A stretch of DNA of 64,000 nucleotides from Myxococcota bacterium (GTDB taxonomy: Bacteria > Myxococcota > UBA727 > JABDBI01), in contig JAZKCZ010000002.1 in NCBI GenBank assembly GCA_040387835.1, forward strand, positions 581,818 through 645,817. Reading direction: 5' to 3'. Shown in pieces: positions 26,972 to 37,031 of this stretch. Position numbers and translations under genes: made by a program. How positions within the stretch are numbered: position 1 is the first letter of the stretch; each line of letters starts with the position of its first letter. The notes below the pieces were generated by a model. That model was not told the origin of the DNA, searched no databases, and worked only from the letters and a program-made list of their open reading frames with translations.

Positions 26972-27639
26972 GAAATTTCTTCGGCAACGAACCTGGCGAT
27001 GGCGGTGGCAATCGCCGCTCTGTTAAAGACCTCAAAGTTCCCTACGATGGCATTGGCAATCAATTGGAACATGGCGGGCAGATTCACTACGCGCCGGATA
27101 ATGTGGGCAACTCGATTGATTCAGCGCCAACGCATCATTTAAGCAGTGTCACACGGAAAAAAAGTGAGCATGCGGCACCTCAGCGCCTAGGGCGTTACCT
27201 TGCAGGCGGCGTTAACCCATTGGTGGTTGCAGGCCTCAGCCACTTAAACCCCGATAACAACCCGGCCGTTGTCACCGGCGCAGAAGCGGCCCCTACCCCC
27301 CGGCCTGTTTCAAATCAAGCTCAAAATGATAAACGCTTGCGAAGATTATTCGAATTCGATGAAGATGACCGCGCCGAATACAGCCTCACCAGCACACCGG
27401 AAGAAAAGTGCGCGCAGATCGAACAAACCGTTAAAAAGTTGTTCGACTTAGGCCATGCCCCGGTTGAGCTAACTTGCCATGTTGAACAAGTGAACGAAAA
27501 ACCATTTGTCTCAGTGGCAGTCAAAACACCACTGTTTAAAAACGATGAGATTTCGATGGCTGCTTTGAACTTTTTGGTTAACAAAATGGTTAATCGCGCA
27601 CACTCGGATCGAATCCGGCTAGCCGTTAAAGCAGCGTAG
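26969..27639 (+). CDS. hypothetical protein, possibly Jag/KhpB-like (position after yidC; GTG start inferred)
   Basis: ORF 26836..27639 overlaps the yidC C-terminus in another frame for 135 nt. A GTG at 26969 removes the overlap. C-terminal ISMAALNFLVNKMVNR weakly resembles the Jag KH region. Confidence 0.35.
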
Positions 27640-27903
27640 CCAAAATCATTTGGCTGCTGCTAATGATATATATGCCACCTATTTCAACGCTTCCACCCAA
27701 AAGTCCAATCATTCCCATGACACCGGGCGTAGACCTATTTGTGTCGCTCGTTAGCCGCAGCCTCTCCCCAATAGATACCTTCGAGGGGAGTTTTGAGCGT
27801 GCCTATTCGCTCATTGGCTTTCAAAAGAAAACGACGCCCGAAGAGCTCGAGCAGCTGTCACGCCTGATGGATGCTCAGCATCAAGCTCGCATGCGACGAA
27901 TCA

Positions 27904-28914
27904 ATGATGTTAGGTAAAATTGCTGTCATTCCCGGAGATGGCATTGGCCCAGAGGTCATTGCCGAAGGTGCCGAGTTGCTTGAAGCCCTTGGTTTTGAGC
28001 TGACGTTTTTCGACTGGGGCGCAGACAAATGGCTTCGCGATGGCATTGGCTTGCCCAAAGACGCGCTTAAAATGCTGTCCGAGAATTTCGACGCCATCTA
28101 TTTCGGCGCACTCGGAGATAAACGCATCCCCGACATGGCGCATGGGCGCGAAATTCTGCTGGGCCTGCGTTTAGGGCTGGATCTCTATATCAACCTGAGA
28201 CCAGTTCAGCTTTTGCATCCCAGCTTAGCCGTGTTGAAAAGCAGTGCGCCTATTGATTTCATGGTCTTCAGAGAAAACACGCAAGATTGCTACTCTGGTG
28301 CGGGGCGCAGCCTACACACAGGAACTGACCAAGAGCAAACTTGCGATGAAAGCCTGCATACTTTCACAGGCGTTGAGCGCATTATCAGGCAAGCATTCGA
28401 ATATGCGATAAAGCATGGCAAAAGCTCCGTAACGCTTGGTCACAAATCGAATGCTATCAAATTTGGTGGCGCGCTTTGGCAAAAGACCTTCCAGGCTCTG
28501 GCGCGCGAATATCCAAACATCGCGCCTAAAGAACTTTATATTGACACCATGGCCATGGAATTTGTCCGAGCACCTGAGCAGTTTGAAGTTATCGTAACCT
28601 CCAATCTGTTTGGCGATATTTTAACCGACCTGGGTGCGGGCATTACCGGCGGGCTTGGTTATGCAGCCAGCGCGAACATCCACCCTGGCAAAATTAGCCT
28701 CTTTGAACCTGTCCACGGATCAGCGCCTGACATTGCAGGCAAAAATCTAGCCAATCCCATGGCAGCATTCTTAAGCGCCGGGCTTATGATGGAGTTTTTA
28801 GGCCACCATGATCTCGCTAAAAATATTAAAAAAGCAGTCATTTCAGCAATCGAACTCTGTGGACAAAAAGGCACCAGAGAAGTAGGAACTTATATCAGAG
28901 CTCAAATCCTATGA
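27904..28914 (+). CDS. isocitrate/3-isopropylmalate dehydrogenase family protein
   Basis: GKIAVIPGDGIGPEV N-terminus. SNLFGDILTDLGAGITGGLG and GSAPDIAGKNLANP motifs. Confidence 0.8.
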   Translation: MMLGKIAVIPGDGIGPEVIAEGAELLEALGFELTFFDWGADKWLRDGIGLPKDALKMLSENFDAIYFGALGDKRIPDMAHGREILLGLRLGLDLYINLRPVQLLHPSLAVLKSSAPIDFMVFRENTQDCYSGAGRSLHTGTDQEQTCDESLHTFTGVERIIRQAFEYAIKHGKSSVTLGHKSNAIKFGGALWQKTFQALAREYPNIAPKELYIDTMAMEFVRAPEQFEVIVTSNLFGDILTDLGAGITGGLGYAASANIHPGKISLFEPVHGSAPDIAGKNLANPMAAFLSAGLMMEFLGHHDLAKNIKKAVISAIELCGQKGTREVGTYIRAQIL

Positions 28915-29378
28915 AATACCCGATGACACAGACCGGCTATGACTCTCTTTCCGAAGAACTCAGACGCCTCAGAACAGAAATTCGACCTAAGGTCATTCAA
29001 GATGTGGCCGAAGCGAGATCTCATGGCGATTTGTCCGAAAACGCTGAATATGACGCAGCCCGAGAAAAACATTCGATGGTCGAAGGCAGAATTCGAGACA
29101 TCGAAAGCAAAATAGCCAACGCAGAAGTCATTCATCCACATCAGATCAATAACTCCAAAGTCGTCTTTGGCGTGACTGTGATTATCGCAGATACAACTTC
29201 TGGCGAAGAACAGACCTGGACTTTGGTTGGTGAAGATGAAGCGGACCTCAAAAGATCAAAAATCAGCATCGGCAGCCCGTTGGCCCGCGCTATGATTGGT
29301 AAAGCCGTAGGGGATCAGATGGAACTCATCACCCCTAAAGGCAAACGTGAATGTGAAATCGTCAAAATTTTGATATAG
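28911..29378 (+). CDS. greA: transcription elongation factor GreA
   Basis: EARSHGDLSENAEYDAAREKHSMVEGRIRDIESKI coiled-coil, plus an FKBP-like C-terminal domain. 155 aa. Confidence 0.9.
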   Translation: MKYPMTQTGYDSLSEELRRLRTEIRPKVIQDVAEARSHGDLSENAEYDAAREKHSMVEGRIRDIESKIANAEVIHPHQINNSKVVFGVTVIIADTTSGEEQTWTLVGEDEADLKRSKISIGSPLARAMIGKAVGDQMELITPKGKRECEIVKILI

Positions 29379-29525
29379 TGTTTGTTATGGACGAAATCAC
29401 TGCCGAGTATAAAATCGAAAAAGTCCAAGACGAAGCTGCTACGCTGCCGACTCCTGACGCTCCAGCCACATCCAAACACCATTTAAATGAGTGGATTCCT
29501 ATCATTGTGGGCGTGATCACTATCA

Positions 29526-31577
29526 TTGGCATGGCCGCGATTAGCTACCTATTATGGACCAGAGGAGCGCGTGTCCTCTGAGCATTCGGTCTATGATACC
29601 CCAGTTAAATCTTTAACCGGCGTTGGCCCTGTCAAACTCAAAGCATTAGAAGCGCTTGGTGTTCATCGCCTTGCCGATCTTTTGGGCATCCTGCCGCGCA
29701 GCTATCAGCTCAGAGAAAGATTGCCGATGGATGAGCTTAAGCCGGGTATGCAGGCCATGGTAGTGGGTCAAGTGCTCAGACTCAAACTCATGGGCTCGCC
29801 CAAAGCACAACGCTTGGAAATCATGCTGAAAGACGGCACCGGCTATATCAAACTGGTGTTCTTCCAGCCTAAATTTGTCGCCTACTTAAGAAACATAGAG
29901 CCTATGACGGTACTTACCGCCATCGGCCAGGTGAACTCTTTTAACGCCATGCTTCAAATGGCTCACCCCAAAGTGGTTCTAGGCGACAAATCTGAAGAGC
30001 TTCAAGGCGTCTGGCCGATATACCCAGAACTCAAAAACTTAGCGCCTTCTGATTTCAATCGCCTGATTGAATCAGCTTTCAACCTGATCAAAGAAAAGCC
30101 TCCCCAAGAAAATTTTTCGCCCGATATTTTAAAAAAGCTAAACCTCATGCCGCTTTTGGAAAGTTACCAAGCCATCCACCAGCCAGAGGCTTCTGCGCTT
30201 CACACGCTTTTAGACCCGGCGCATCATCCCGCTTTTAGACGCATGGCTTTCGAAGAGCTGTACGCTCTGCAACTGCGCCTGCAAAAGCATCGTAACGCAC
30301 AACAGCAAGCCGCGGCACCACAGGTAGCTGCCGTAGATGCGAAATTACTTTTCGCCGAAATCATGCCTTTTGCCCCGACCAATGCTCAAGCTCGTGTGAT
30401 TAATGAGATCGTTGGTGATCTGGCTAGACCCATTCCCATGCTGCGCCTGCTTCAAGGCGACGTAGGCTCTGGAAAAACCGCAGTCGCCGCCTCAGCTGCG
30501 CGTCACATGAGTAAAGCTGGTTATCAAACGGCCATTATGGCGCCCACTGAAATTCTGGCTGAGCAGCATTACCAGCTATTCATCAAATTATTCGGCCCCG
30601 AAAAAATTGCTCGCCTGCAAGGCAGCTTAAAAAGCAAAGAGCGCCGCTTAGCCATCGAGCGCCTAAAATCCGGCGAAGCAAAAATCATCATTGGCACCCA
30701 TGCGCTGATTTCAGATGACGTCGAATTTCATAAACTCGGCCTATGCATCATCGATGAACAGCACCGCTTCGGCGTAGATCAGCGGACTCAACTACGCAAC
30801 AAAGGCAAATCAGGCCTCAGGCTGCCGCATGTCTTGGCCATGACCGCCACACCCATTCCCAGAAGCTTGGCACTAACTGCCTACGGGGATTTTGCCCTGT
30901 CGGTCATCGATGAATTGCCACCTGGGCGAACGCCTATCTCTACGCATATTTTGCAAGGTGAACCGACCAAAAACATCCTGCTGTTGGCAGAGAAATGCGT
31001 TCGCAATAACGAACAAGCTTATATTATCTATCCATTGGTCGAAGAGTCCGAGAAACTCGACCTATTAGACGCAGAAGCCGGCTTCAGGCATCTCGAAGGC
31101 CATTTTGGAGGCACCCAGGTCGCACTCATCCACGGCCGCATGAATGCCGCCGAAAAAGACGCTGCGATGCAAAGATTTTCGAGAGGCGATGCGCGTTTTT
31201 TGGTATCGACTACGGTCATCGAAGTGGGCGTAGACGTTCCCAATGCTACTTGCATGATGATCATCCACCCCGAGCGTTTCGGTCTGTCCCAACTGCATCA
31301 GCTGCGCGGTCGAGTCGGCCGTGGCAGTCGAAAGAGCGCCTGTTATCTTATCAGCGATAAACTATTTTTAAGTGGCGAAGCGTACCGACGCCTAACCATC
31401 ATGGAAAAAACCCAAAACGGGTTTGAAATCGCTGCCGAAGATCTGGCCATCAGAGGCCCGGGTGATTTCTTGGGGACCAGGCAGTCGGGTTTGCCGATTT
31501 TCCATCATTGCGATTTGGTAAAACACGCAGACCTCATTGAGCCTGCGCGTGAATTAGCAATTGCTGAACTACCTTAA
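29526..31577 (+). CDS. recG: ATP-dependent DNA helicase RecG
   Basis: Wedge domain. Walker A GDVGSGKT, DEQHRFG and QLRGRVGRG helicase motifs. Confidence 0.9.
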   Translation: MAWPRLATYYGPEERVSSEHSVYDTPVKSLTGVGPVKLKALEALGVHRLADLLGILPRSYQLRERLPMDELKPGMQAMVVGQVLRLKLMGSPKAQRLEIMLKDGTGYIKLVFFQPKFVAYLRNIEPMTVLTAIGQVNSFNAMLQMAHPKVVLGDKSEELQGVWPIYPELKNLAPSDFNRLIESAFNLIKEKPPQENFSPDILKKLNLMPLLESYQAIHQPEASALHTLLDPAHHPAFRRMAFEELYALQLRLQKHRNAQQQAAAPQVAAVDAKLLFAEIMPFAPTNAQARVINEIVGDLARPIPMLRLLQGDVGSGKTAVAASAARHMSKAGYQTAIMAPTEILAEQHYQLFIKLFGPEKIARLQGSLKSKERRLAIERLKSGEAKIIIGTHALISDDVEFHKLGLCIIDEQHRFGVDQRTQLRNKGKSGLRLPHVLAMTATPIPRSLALTAYGDFALSVIDELPPGRTPISTHILQGEPTKNILLLAEKCVRNNEQAYIIYPLVEESEKLDLLDAEAGFRHLEGHFGGTQVALIHGRMNAAEKDAAMQRFSRGDARFLVSTTVIEVGVDVPNATCMMIIHPERFGLSQLHQLRGRVGRGSRKSACYLISDKLFLSGEAYRRLTIMEKTQNGFEIAAEDLAIRGPGDFLGTRQSGLPIFHHCDLVKHADLIEPARELAIAELP

Positions 31578-32029
31578 ATCCCAGCGACGCGTGCACCCAT
31601 TTCGCCCATTTGAACTGCAAAGGCGTGAGTACATGATCCATAAATTGCGCAAGTAACCAAAGCGACACCGACATTCCCAGCCTTCGCAAGGGCGTCACCA
31701 ACCAAAGGGACGTTAGGCAAAATATTGGCCACAGCTGGCAGATTTGCAATTGCTGTTGCGCTGGTTGCGACTGCAGTCTTGATGCCAACCACAACAAGTG
31801 TTGGATTGCGAAGCGCGGCCCCCATGCCTGCCAAGCCCACGCTTGCAGATATTGCATGTTTATTCAGCTGGCCGACTGGCAATAATCTTTGAATCGCTGT
31901 AGCAACTATGCCCGTAGCGGCAAGCGCTAGAACCAAACGCTGCGTGCCATCCGCTCCCGAAGTCGGCTGAGCAGACGCGACAGATGATATTAATCCGACC
32001 ACCACCAAAGCAAGAATTGATTTTTTCAT
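31574..32029 (-). CDS. secreted Gly/Ala/Val-rich protein (hypothetical)
   Basis: Signal peptide MKKSILALVVVGLISSVASA. 151 aa. Confidence 0.45.
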   Translation of the reverse strand: MKKSILALVVVGLISSVASAQPTSGADGTQRLVLALAATGIVATAIQRLLPVGQLNKHAISASVGLAGMGAALRNPTLVVVGIKTAVATSATAIANLPAVANILPNVPLVGDALAKAGNVGVALVTCAIYGSCTHAFAVQMGEMGARVAGI

Positions 32030-32079
32030 TGTAACTCCTCAAGCAGCACAAAGCTCCCAACGAGAAAATTATTTCAGGC

Positions 32080-32766
32080 TTAAAGATTCAACTTCTTCAT
32101 AACCGCTTGCAAATCTTCCCAAGCTTCTTTTTTCTTGGTCTGATTGCGAAGCAAATAAGCCGGGTGGAAAGTGGGCATTAAGTCGATGCCTTCATAGCTC
32201 GTCCACTTACCCCGAACATCGCTTAATGCGCCCTCAAACTTAAGCAAACTTTGGCAAGCATAACGTCCTAAAGCGACGATTACCTTGGGCTTAATGATTG
32301 AAAGCTGCATTTTCAAAAAAGGCTCGCAAGCTTCGATTTCATCAGGCTCCGGATTACGATTCGCAGGCGGCCTGGATTTAATCACATTGCAGATGTAAAC
32401 ATCGGAACGGGTAAGGCCCATCGCTTCGATCATTTTGGTCAATAGCTGTCCTGAACGGCCCACAAAAGGAAGACCTTGTTCATCTTCATCTGCGCCAGGT
32501 GCCTCGCCTACGAATAGTAAATCTGCCTCGGGGTTGCCAGCGCCAAAAACGATGTTTTTACGGGAGCTCCAAAGCTTGCAACGGCGACAATCTCCGAGCT
32601 CGACCGTACGCAGGGCTTCCAATTGTTCGGCGGGAGTGCCTTTTAAATTTTTCGATAGCGAGGCCTTTAAAGTTCCGCCAGAAGCTTCATAAATTTCCAG
32701 GCGCGTCTTAAGCGTTTTCGCAATATCTGAAATCGAATCGGTGGTCATGCGAATATGCTGGATCAA
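32080..32766 (-). CDS. uracil-DNA glycosylase, family 4
   Basis: GEAPGADEDEQGLPFVGRSGQLL motif and HPAYLLRN C-terminal motif. Confidence 0.8.
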   Translation of the reverse strand: MIQHIRMTTDSISDIAKTLKTRLEIYEASGGTLKASLSKNLKGTPAEQLEALRTVELGDCRRCKLWSSRKNIVFGAGNPEADLLFVGEAPGADEDEQGLPFVGRSGQLLTKMIEAMGLTRSDVYICNVIKSRPPANRNPEPDEIEACEPFLKMQLSIIKPKVIVALGRYACQSLLKFEGALSDVRGKWTSYEGIDLMPTFHPAYLLRNQTKKKEAWEDLQAVMKKLNL

Positions 32767-32788
32767 TGCCTAGAGCGTGTAAATAGGC

Positions 32789-33436
32789 CTAAATTAGCGG
32801 GTTTAATTGTAGATTGTCGGGGAACAGCAGGTTTTCTCTGGTTTTTGACCACCTTTCAGCGGGCAATTTCATCCACCAGACTTGCCAGTAGCGGCCTTCA
32901 GCATCGTAGTGCCAGCCAGAGCGGTGGGAGATTTCGAAGCCCAATTGCTGATAGAGCTTGAGCGCGACATGGTTGAACTCCAATACTTCCAGGCAGATTT
33001 CCACCAGGCCTAATGCATAGGCCGCATGGTCCAATAAAATCGCCATGGCGGCTTTTCCGACGCCTAAGCCTCGGTACTTTTCTTCACCAATTTCTATGAA
33101 TAGTTCAGCTCTTTTTGTCTCCAGATTTATCTCTTTTAGGCCGACATTGCCCACATGTTCTCTATCAACTTCGATGGCGAAAGTTTTACGTGTTTTATCA
33201 ACCAACAAGGCATGGATATATTGGTCCATCATCTTTTGATCGAATGGCAAAATTGCACGGCGCTCTGGGCCTGAGATCACAAAAGTTAAATTTAACACGT
33301 AAGGATCTTGGAGCCATTTTTGTACTTTTTGATCGTCTTTTTTTTCTAAAAATCGCAAATTTATTTCTAAATTATTGGTCAATTTGGCGAGCATAATTAA
33401 TGCTAGCATGGACCCCTGGGATTTTTCCGTGAGCAC
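32789..33436 (-). CDS. GNAT family N-acetyltransferase
   Basis: RGLGVGKAAMAILLDHA acetyl-CoA binding motif. Confidence 0.7.
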   Translation of the reverse strand: MLTEKSQGSMLALIMLAKLTNNLEINLRFLEKKDDQKVQKWLQDPYVLNLTFVISGPERRAILPFDQKMMDQYIHALLVDKTRKTFAIEVDREHVGNVGLKEINLETKRAELFIEIGEEKYRGLGVGKAAMAILLDHAAYALGLVEICLEVLEFNHVALKLYQQLGFEISHRSGWHYDAEGRYWQVWWMKLPAERWSKTRENLLFPDNLQLNPLI

Positions 33437-33452
33437 GGCCTGTTCTTGATTT

Positions 33453-35045
33453 ATGCATGCTTCGGAGCTCTACTTATTGGGCGTTTTCTTTGCCCTCTTG
33501 GTCACCATTTGCCCGATTGTGGGATCCTACTTTTCCTATGTTTTCAATCGCCCTATCCACCCGATAGAAGGGCTATTTTACCGAGCCACCCGCGTCTCGG
33601 TCGCGCCCATGAACTGGAAGCAATATTTGTCCGCCCTGCTCATATTTCAGGGGCTTGGACTGCTAACCCTCCTGATCATCCTCCAGTTCAACGCTCGGGG
33701 GCGCATTCCCATCGATTTGGCTATTAATATCAGCACCAGTTTCGTCACCAACACTGACTGGCAGGCTTATGCAGGCGAAAGCACGCTCAGCTACTTGTCC
33801 CAAACGTTAGGACTAACGGTTCAAAACTTTTTAAGCGCCGCGACTGGATTCGCGGTTTTGCTCGCTTTTATTCGGGGTTTACAACGAAGCGAAACATCCG
33901 AATTGGGCAATTTCTGGGTGGATATCACTCGGATTATTTTTTGCGTTTTGCTTCCAGGCGCGTTCATTCTGGCCATTACGTTAGTCAGCCAAGGCGCGAT
34001 CCAAAACTTTTCAGAGTACATCGAAGCGATCAGCGTAGAAGGCTTTAAGCAGATTTTGCCGATGGGGCCTGCTGCATCTCAAACGGCCATCGCAGTTTTA
34101 GGCGGGAACGGCGGGGGCTTTTTCGGGCAGAATTTGACCCACCCTTTTGTGAATCCTAGCGAGCTCAGTAATTTTGTTTTGATGAGCGCGGTTCTGATTC
34201 TGCCGGCTGCGCTGGTTTACTTTTACGGGCTGCAGACATCTAAACGCCAGGCCAGGGTTATTATTTGCGTGATGCTGGGGCTCTTTTTATTGTTTTACAT
34301 CTGCTGCCTCTTTTTCCATTCGAAACTCGGCAGTTTAGAAGGTCAGGAAATTCGATTTAAAACCATTGGCACGCTACTCATGAACACCTTGAGTACCGCA
34401 ACTTCTAATGGGTCCGTTAATGCGATGCTAGAAAGCCTGTCACCGTTGACCAACGGTTTGATGATGCTTCAAATCATGCTCGGCGAGATTATTTTCGGCG
34501 GCGTTGGTTCAGGGCTTTACGGCATGCTACTTTTTGTTTTGCTGACTGTTTTTCTATCTGGCCTCATGATCGGCAGGACGCCCGAGTATTTAGGCAAGAA
34601 AATCGAAGCTCCTGAAATGCAGCTGATTTTGGTGGCTATTTTGCTTCCAGGAATTGTTACACTCACGGCTGCTGGCATCACGTGCCTAAAGCTATCCGGA
34701 GGGCACAGTCTCTCGCAAATACTTTATGCGTTTACATCGACCACCAATAACAACGGCAGCGCGCTGGGTGGTCTGGATGCTAACACGATGTATTTCAATT
34801 TGGCACTTTCCATCACCATGTTGCTCGGGCGGTTTGGGACCATTGTTCCCGTCTTGATGATCGCAGGCATCATGGCGCGCAAAAGATGTCTGGAACCCGA
34901 ACTTCGCACCTTTGAGACAGACACGTTGCTTTTTGGTGTGTTGCTGGCAAGCGTTATCCTTTTGATCGGGGCGCTGACATTTTTACCTGGCTGGTTTTTG
35001 GGACCGCTGCTTGAACAAGTTACTTTGATGGGAGCTCAAAAATGA
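33453..35045 (+). CDS. kdpA: potassium-transporting ATPase subunit A
   Basis: Collinear similarity to KdpA throughout, e.g. LSQTLGLTVQNFLSAATG and GEIIFGGVGSGLYGML...MIGRTPEYLGKKIE. Confidence 0.9.
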   Translation: MHASELYLLGVFFALLVTICPIVGSYFSYVFNRPIHPIEGLFYRATRVSVAPMNWKQYLSALLIFQGLGLLTLLIILQFNARGRIPIDLAINISTSFVTNTDWQAYAGESTLSYLSQTLGLTVQNFLSAATGFAVLLAFIRGLQRSETSELGNFWVDITRIIFCVLLPGAFILAITLVSQGAIQNFSEYIEAISVEGFKQILPMGPAASQTAIAVLGGNGGGFFGQNLTHPFVNPSELSNFVLMSAVLILPAALVYFYGLQTSKRQARVIICVMLGLFLLFYICCLFFHSKLGSLEGQEIRFKTIGTLLMNTLSTATSNGSVNAMLESLSPLTNGLMMLQIMLGEIIFGGVGSGLYGMLLFVLLTVFLSGLMIGRTPEYLGKKIEAPEMQLILVAILLPGIVTLTAAGITCLKLSGGHSLSQILYAFTSTTNNNGSALGGLDANTMYFNLALSITMLLGRFGTIVPVLMIAGIMARKRCLEPELRTFETDTLLFGVLLASVILLIGALTFLPGWFLGPLLEQVTLMGAQK

Positions 35046-37021
35046 AAGTCCGATTGCTAAAAAATGCTTCCTTGGGTGCCGTGGTCAAATTAAATCCAGT
35101 TCATCTGCTTGGAAATCCGGTCATGCTGCTGACTTGGATCGGTGCCCTGATTTCAACCGTATCTATTTATTGGCACCCTTCAAGTTTTGAAATTCAGATT
35201 GCTTTGTGGCTTTGGTTCACCGTTTTGTTCGCCAACTTTGCTGAAAGTTTGGCGGAGTGCGAAGGCAAGGCGCAAGCTAAATCACTGCGAAAAGGCAAAG
35301 TCTCGCTTATGGCCCGAAGGTTCAATGGCAGCAAAGAAGAAAGCGTTCCGGCCACATCTCTGCAACGGGGCGATTTGGTCGTTTGCGAAGCGGGCGATGC
35401 CATCCCTGCAGATGGCGAAGTTATCGAAGGCATTGCCAGTGTGGATGAATCCGCCATTACCGGGGAGTCGGCACCCGTGATTAGAGAAAGTGGTGGCGAT
35501 CGAAGCGGTGTTACCGGTGGTACCCGGGTAATCAGCGACAGGCTCGTAATTAGAGTTAGCTCAGAAGCCGGGCAATCTTTTCTAGACCGCATGATCAATA
35601 TGATCGAAGGCGCGAAGCGTCAAAAGACACCCAACGAACTGGCTTTAAATACGCTGCTGATTGGACTGACAGTGATGCTGTCTTTTTCAGCGCTTAGCTT
35701 ATGGTGCTTCGGAAGCTATAGCGGCCTCAGCATCTCGGTCACAGCGTTGGTTGCTTTATGGATCTGCTTAATCCCAACGACGATCGGGGGTTTGCTCAGC
35801 GCAGTCGGCATCGCGGGCATGGACCGGCTGGTCAAAAAGAATGTCATCGCCAAAAGCGGACGCGCCATCGAGGCAGCTGGCGACACCAATGTCTTGTTAT
35901 TAGATAAAACCGGCACCATCACCTTGGGAAATCGAATGGCATCAGATTTCCTACCAAGCCTAGGACACACAGCGCGGGACGTCGCCCATGCTGCGGCTTT
36001 GGCTTCCCTGTCCGATGAAACCGCCGAAGGGCGCTCAATTTTAGCGCTGGCCGAAGAGAAATTCGATTTTGATCGGACCACTACCGATACCTCTGCCGCT
36101 CAGTTTATTGCCTTCTCAGCGAACACGCGCGTCAGTGGCATCGATCTAGCCAACTGCCGAATTCGCAAAGGTGCCATTGATGCCATCAAAATGGAAATTC
36201 AAATGCAAAAAGGCGAGTTTCCCGCAGACCTGGAACCGGCCATTATAGCCATTTGCCAAAGTGGTGGAACGCCGTTAGCCGTGCTGAAAGACAACGAAGT
36301 GGTAGGTGTCATACATCTGAAAGATATTATTAAAACCGGCATCAAAGAGCGCTTTCAAGAGCTTCATAAGATGGGCATTAAAAGCATTATGATGACCGGC
36401 GATAATGCTTTGACCGCTGCTGCGATCGCTGCTGAAGCAGGCATCGGCGATTTCATTGCACAGGCAACGCCAGAGATGAAGCTTTTGCGCATCAAGGAAG
36501 AGCAGAGACGCGGATCGTTGGTCACTATGACCGGCGATGGCACGAACGATGCGCCTGCGCTTGCTCAGGCAGATGTAGGCCTGGTGATGGGCTCGGGCAC
36601 GCAAGCTGCTCGCGAAGCCGGCAATATGGTGGATTTGGATAACGATCCTACTAAAATTCTGGAAGTCGTTACCATTGGTAAGCAGCTATTGATGACCCGC
36701 GGGGCATTGACCACTTTTAGCGTTGCCAATGACTTGGCAAAATATTTCGCGATTTTGCCGGCCATGTTTGGCAGTCTGTTTGTCATCGATATCAATATTA
36801 TGGACCTTGGTTCGAGCGAGAGCGCGATTTTGAGCTCGGTGATTTATAATGCGATTATTATCATGCTACTTATCCCATTGGCCTTGCGAGGCGTGCCCTA
36901 CCGGCCAATCGCGAGCAACTTATTGCTGCGACATAACTTGATTGTGTATGGCGTGGGTGGCCTAATCGCACCTTTTGTCGGCATCAAACTGATTGATTAT
37001 GTGGTGCGAGGATGGGTCTAG
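35042..37021 (+). CDS. kdpB: potassium-transporting ATPase subunit B (P-type ATPase)
   Basis: DKTGTITLGN phosphorylation site and MTGDGTNDAPALAQADVG hinge motif. Overlaps the kdpA stop. Confidence 0.92.
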   Translation: MKVRLLKNASLGAVVKLNPVHLLGNPVMLLTWIGALISTVSIYWHPSSFEIQIALWLWFTVLFANFAESLAECEGKAQAKSLRKGKVSLMARRFNGSKEESVPATSLQRGDLVVCEAGDAIPADGEVIEGIASVDESAITGESAPVIRESGGDRSGVTGGTRVISDRLVIRVSSEAGQSFLDRMINMIEGAKRQKTPNELALNTLLIGLTVMLSFSALSLWCFGSYSGLSISVTALVALWICLIPTTIGGLLSAVGIAGMDRLVKKNVIAKSGRAIEAAGDTNVLLLDKTGTITLGNRMASDFLPSLGHTARDVAHAAALASLSDETAEGRSILALAEEKFDFDRTTTDTSAAQFIAFSANTRVSGIDLANCRIRKGAIDAIKMEIQMQKGEFPADLEPAIIAICQSGGTPLAVLKDNEVVGVIHLKDIIKTGIKERFQELHKMGIKSIMMTGDNALTAAAIAAEAGIGDFIAQATPEMKLLRIKEEQRRGSLVTMTGDGTNDAPALAQADVGLVMGSGTQAAREAGNMVDLDNDPTKILEVVTIGKQLLMTRGALTTFSVANDLAKYFAILPAMFGSLFVIDINIMDLGSSESAILSSVIYNAIIIMLLIPLALRGVPYRPIASNLLLRHNLIVYGVGGLIAPFVGIKLIDYVVRGWV

Positions 37022-37031
37022 CGAAACCCTT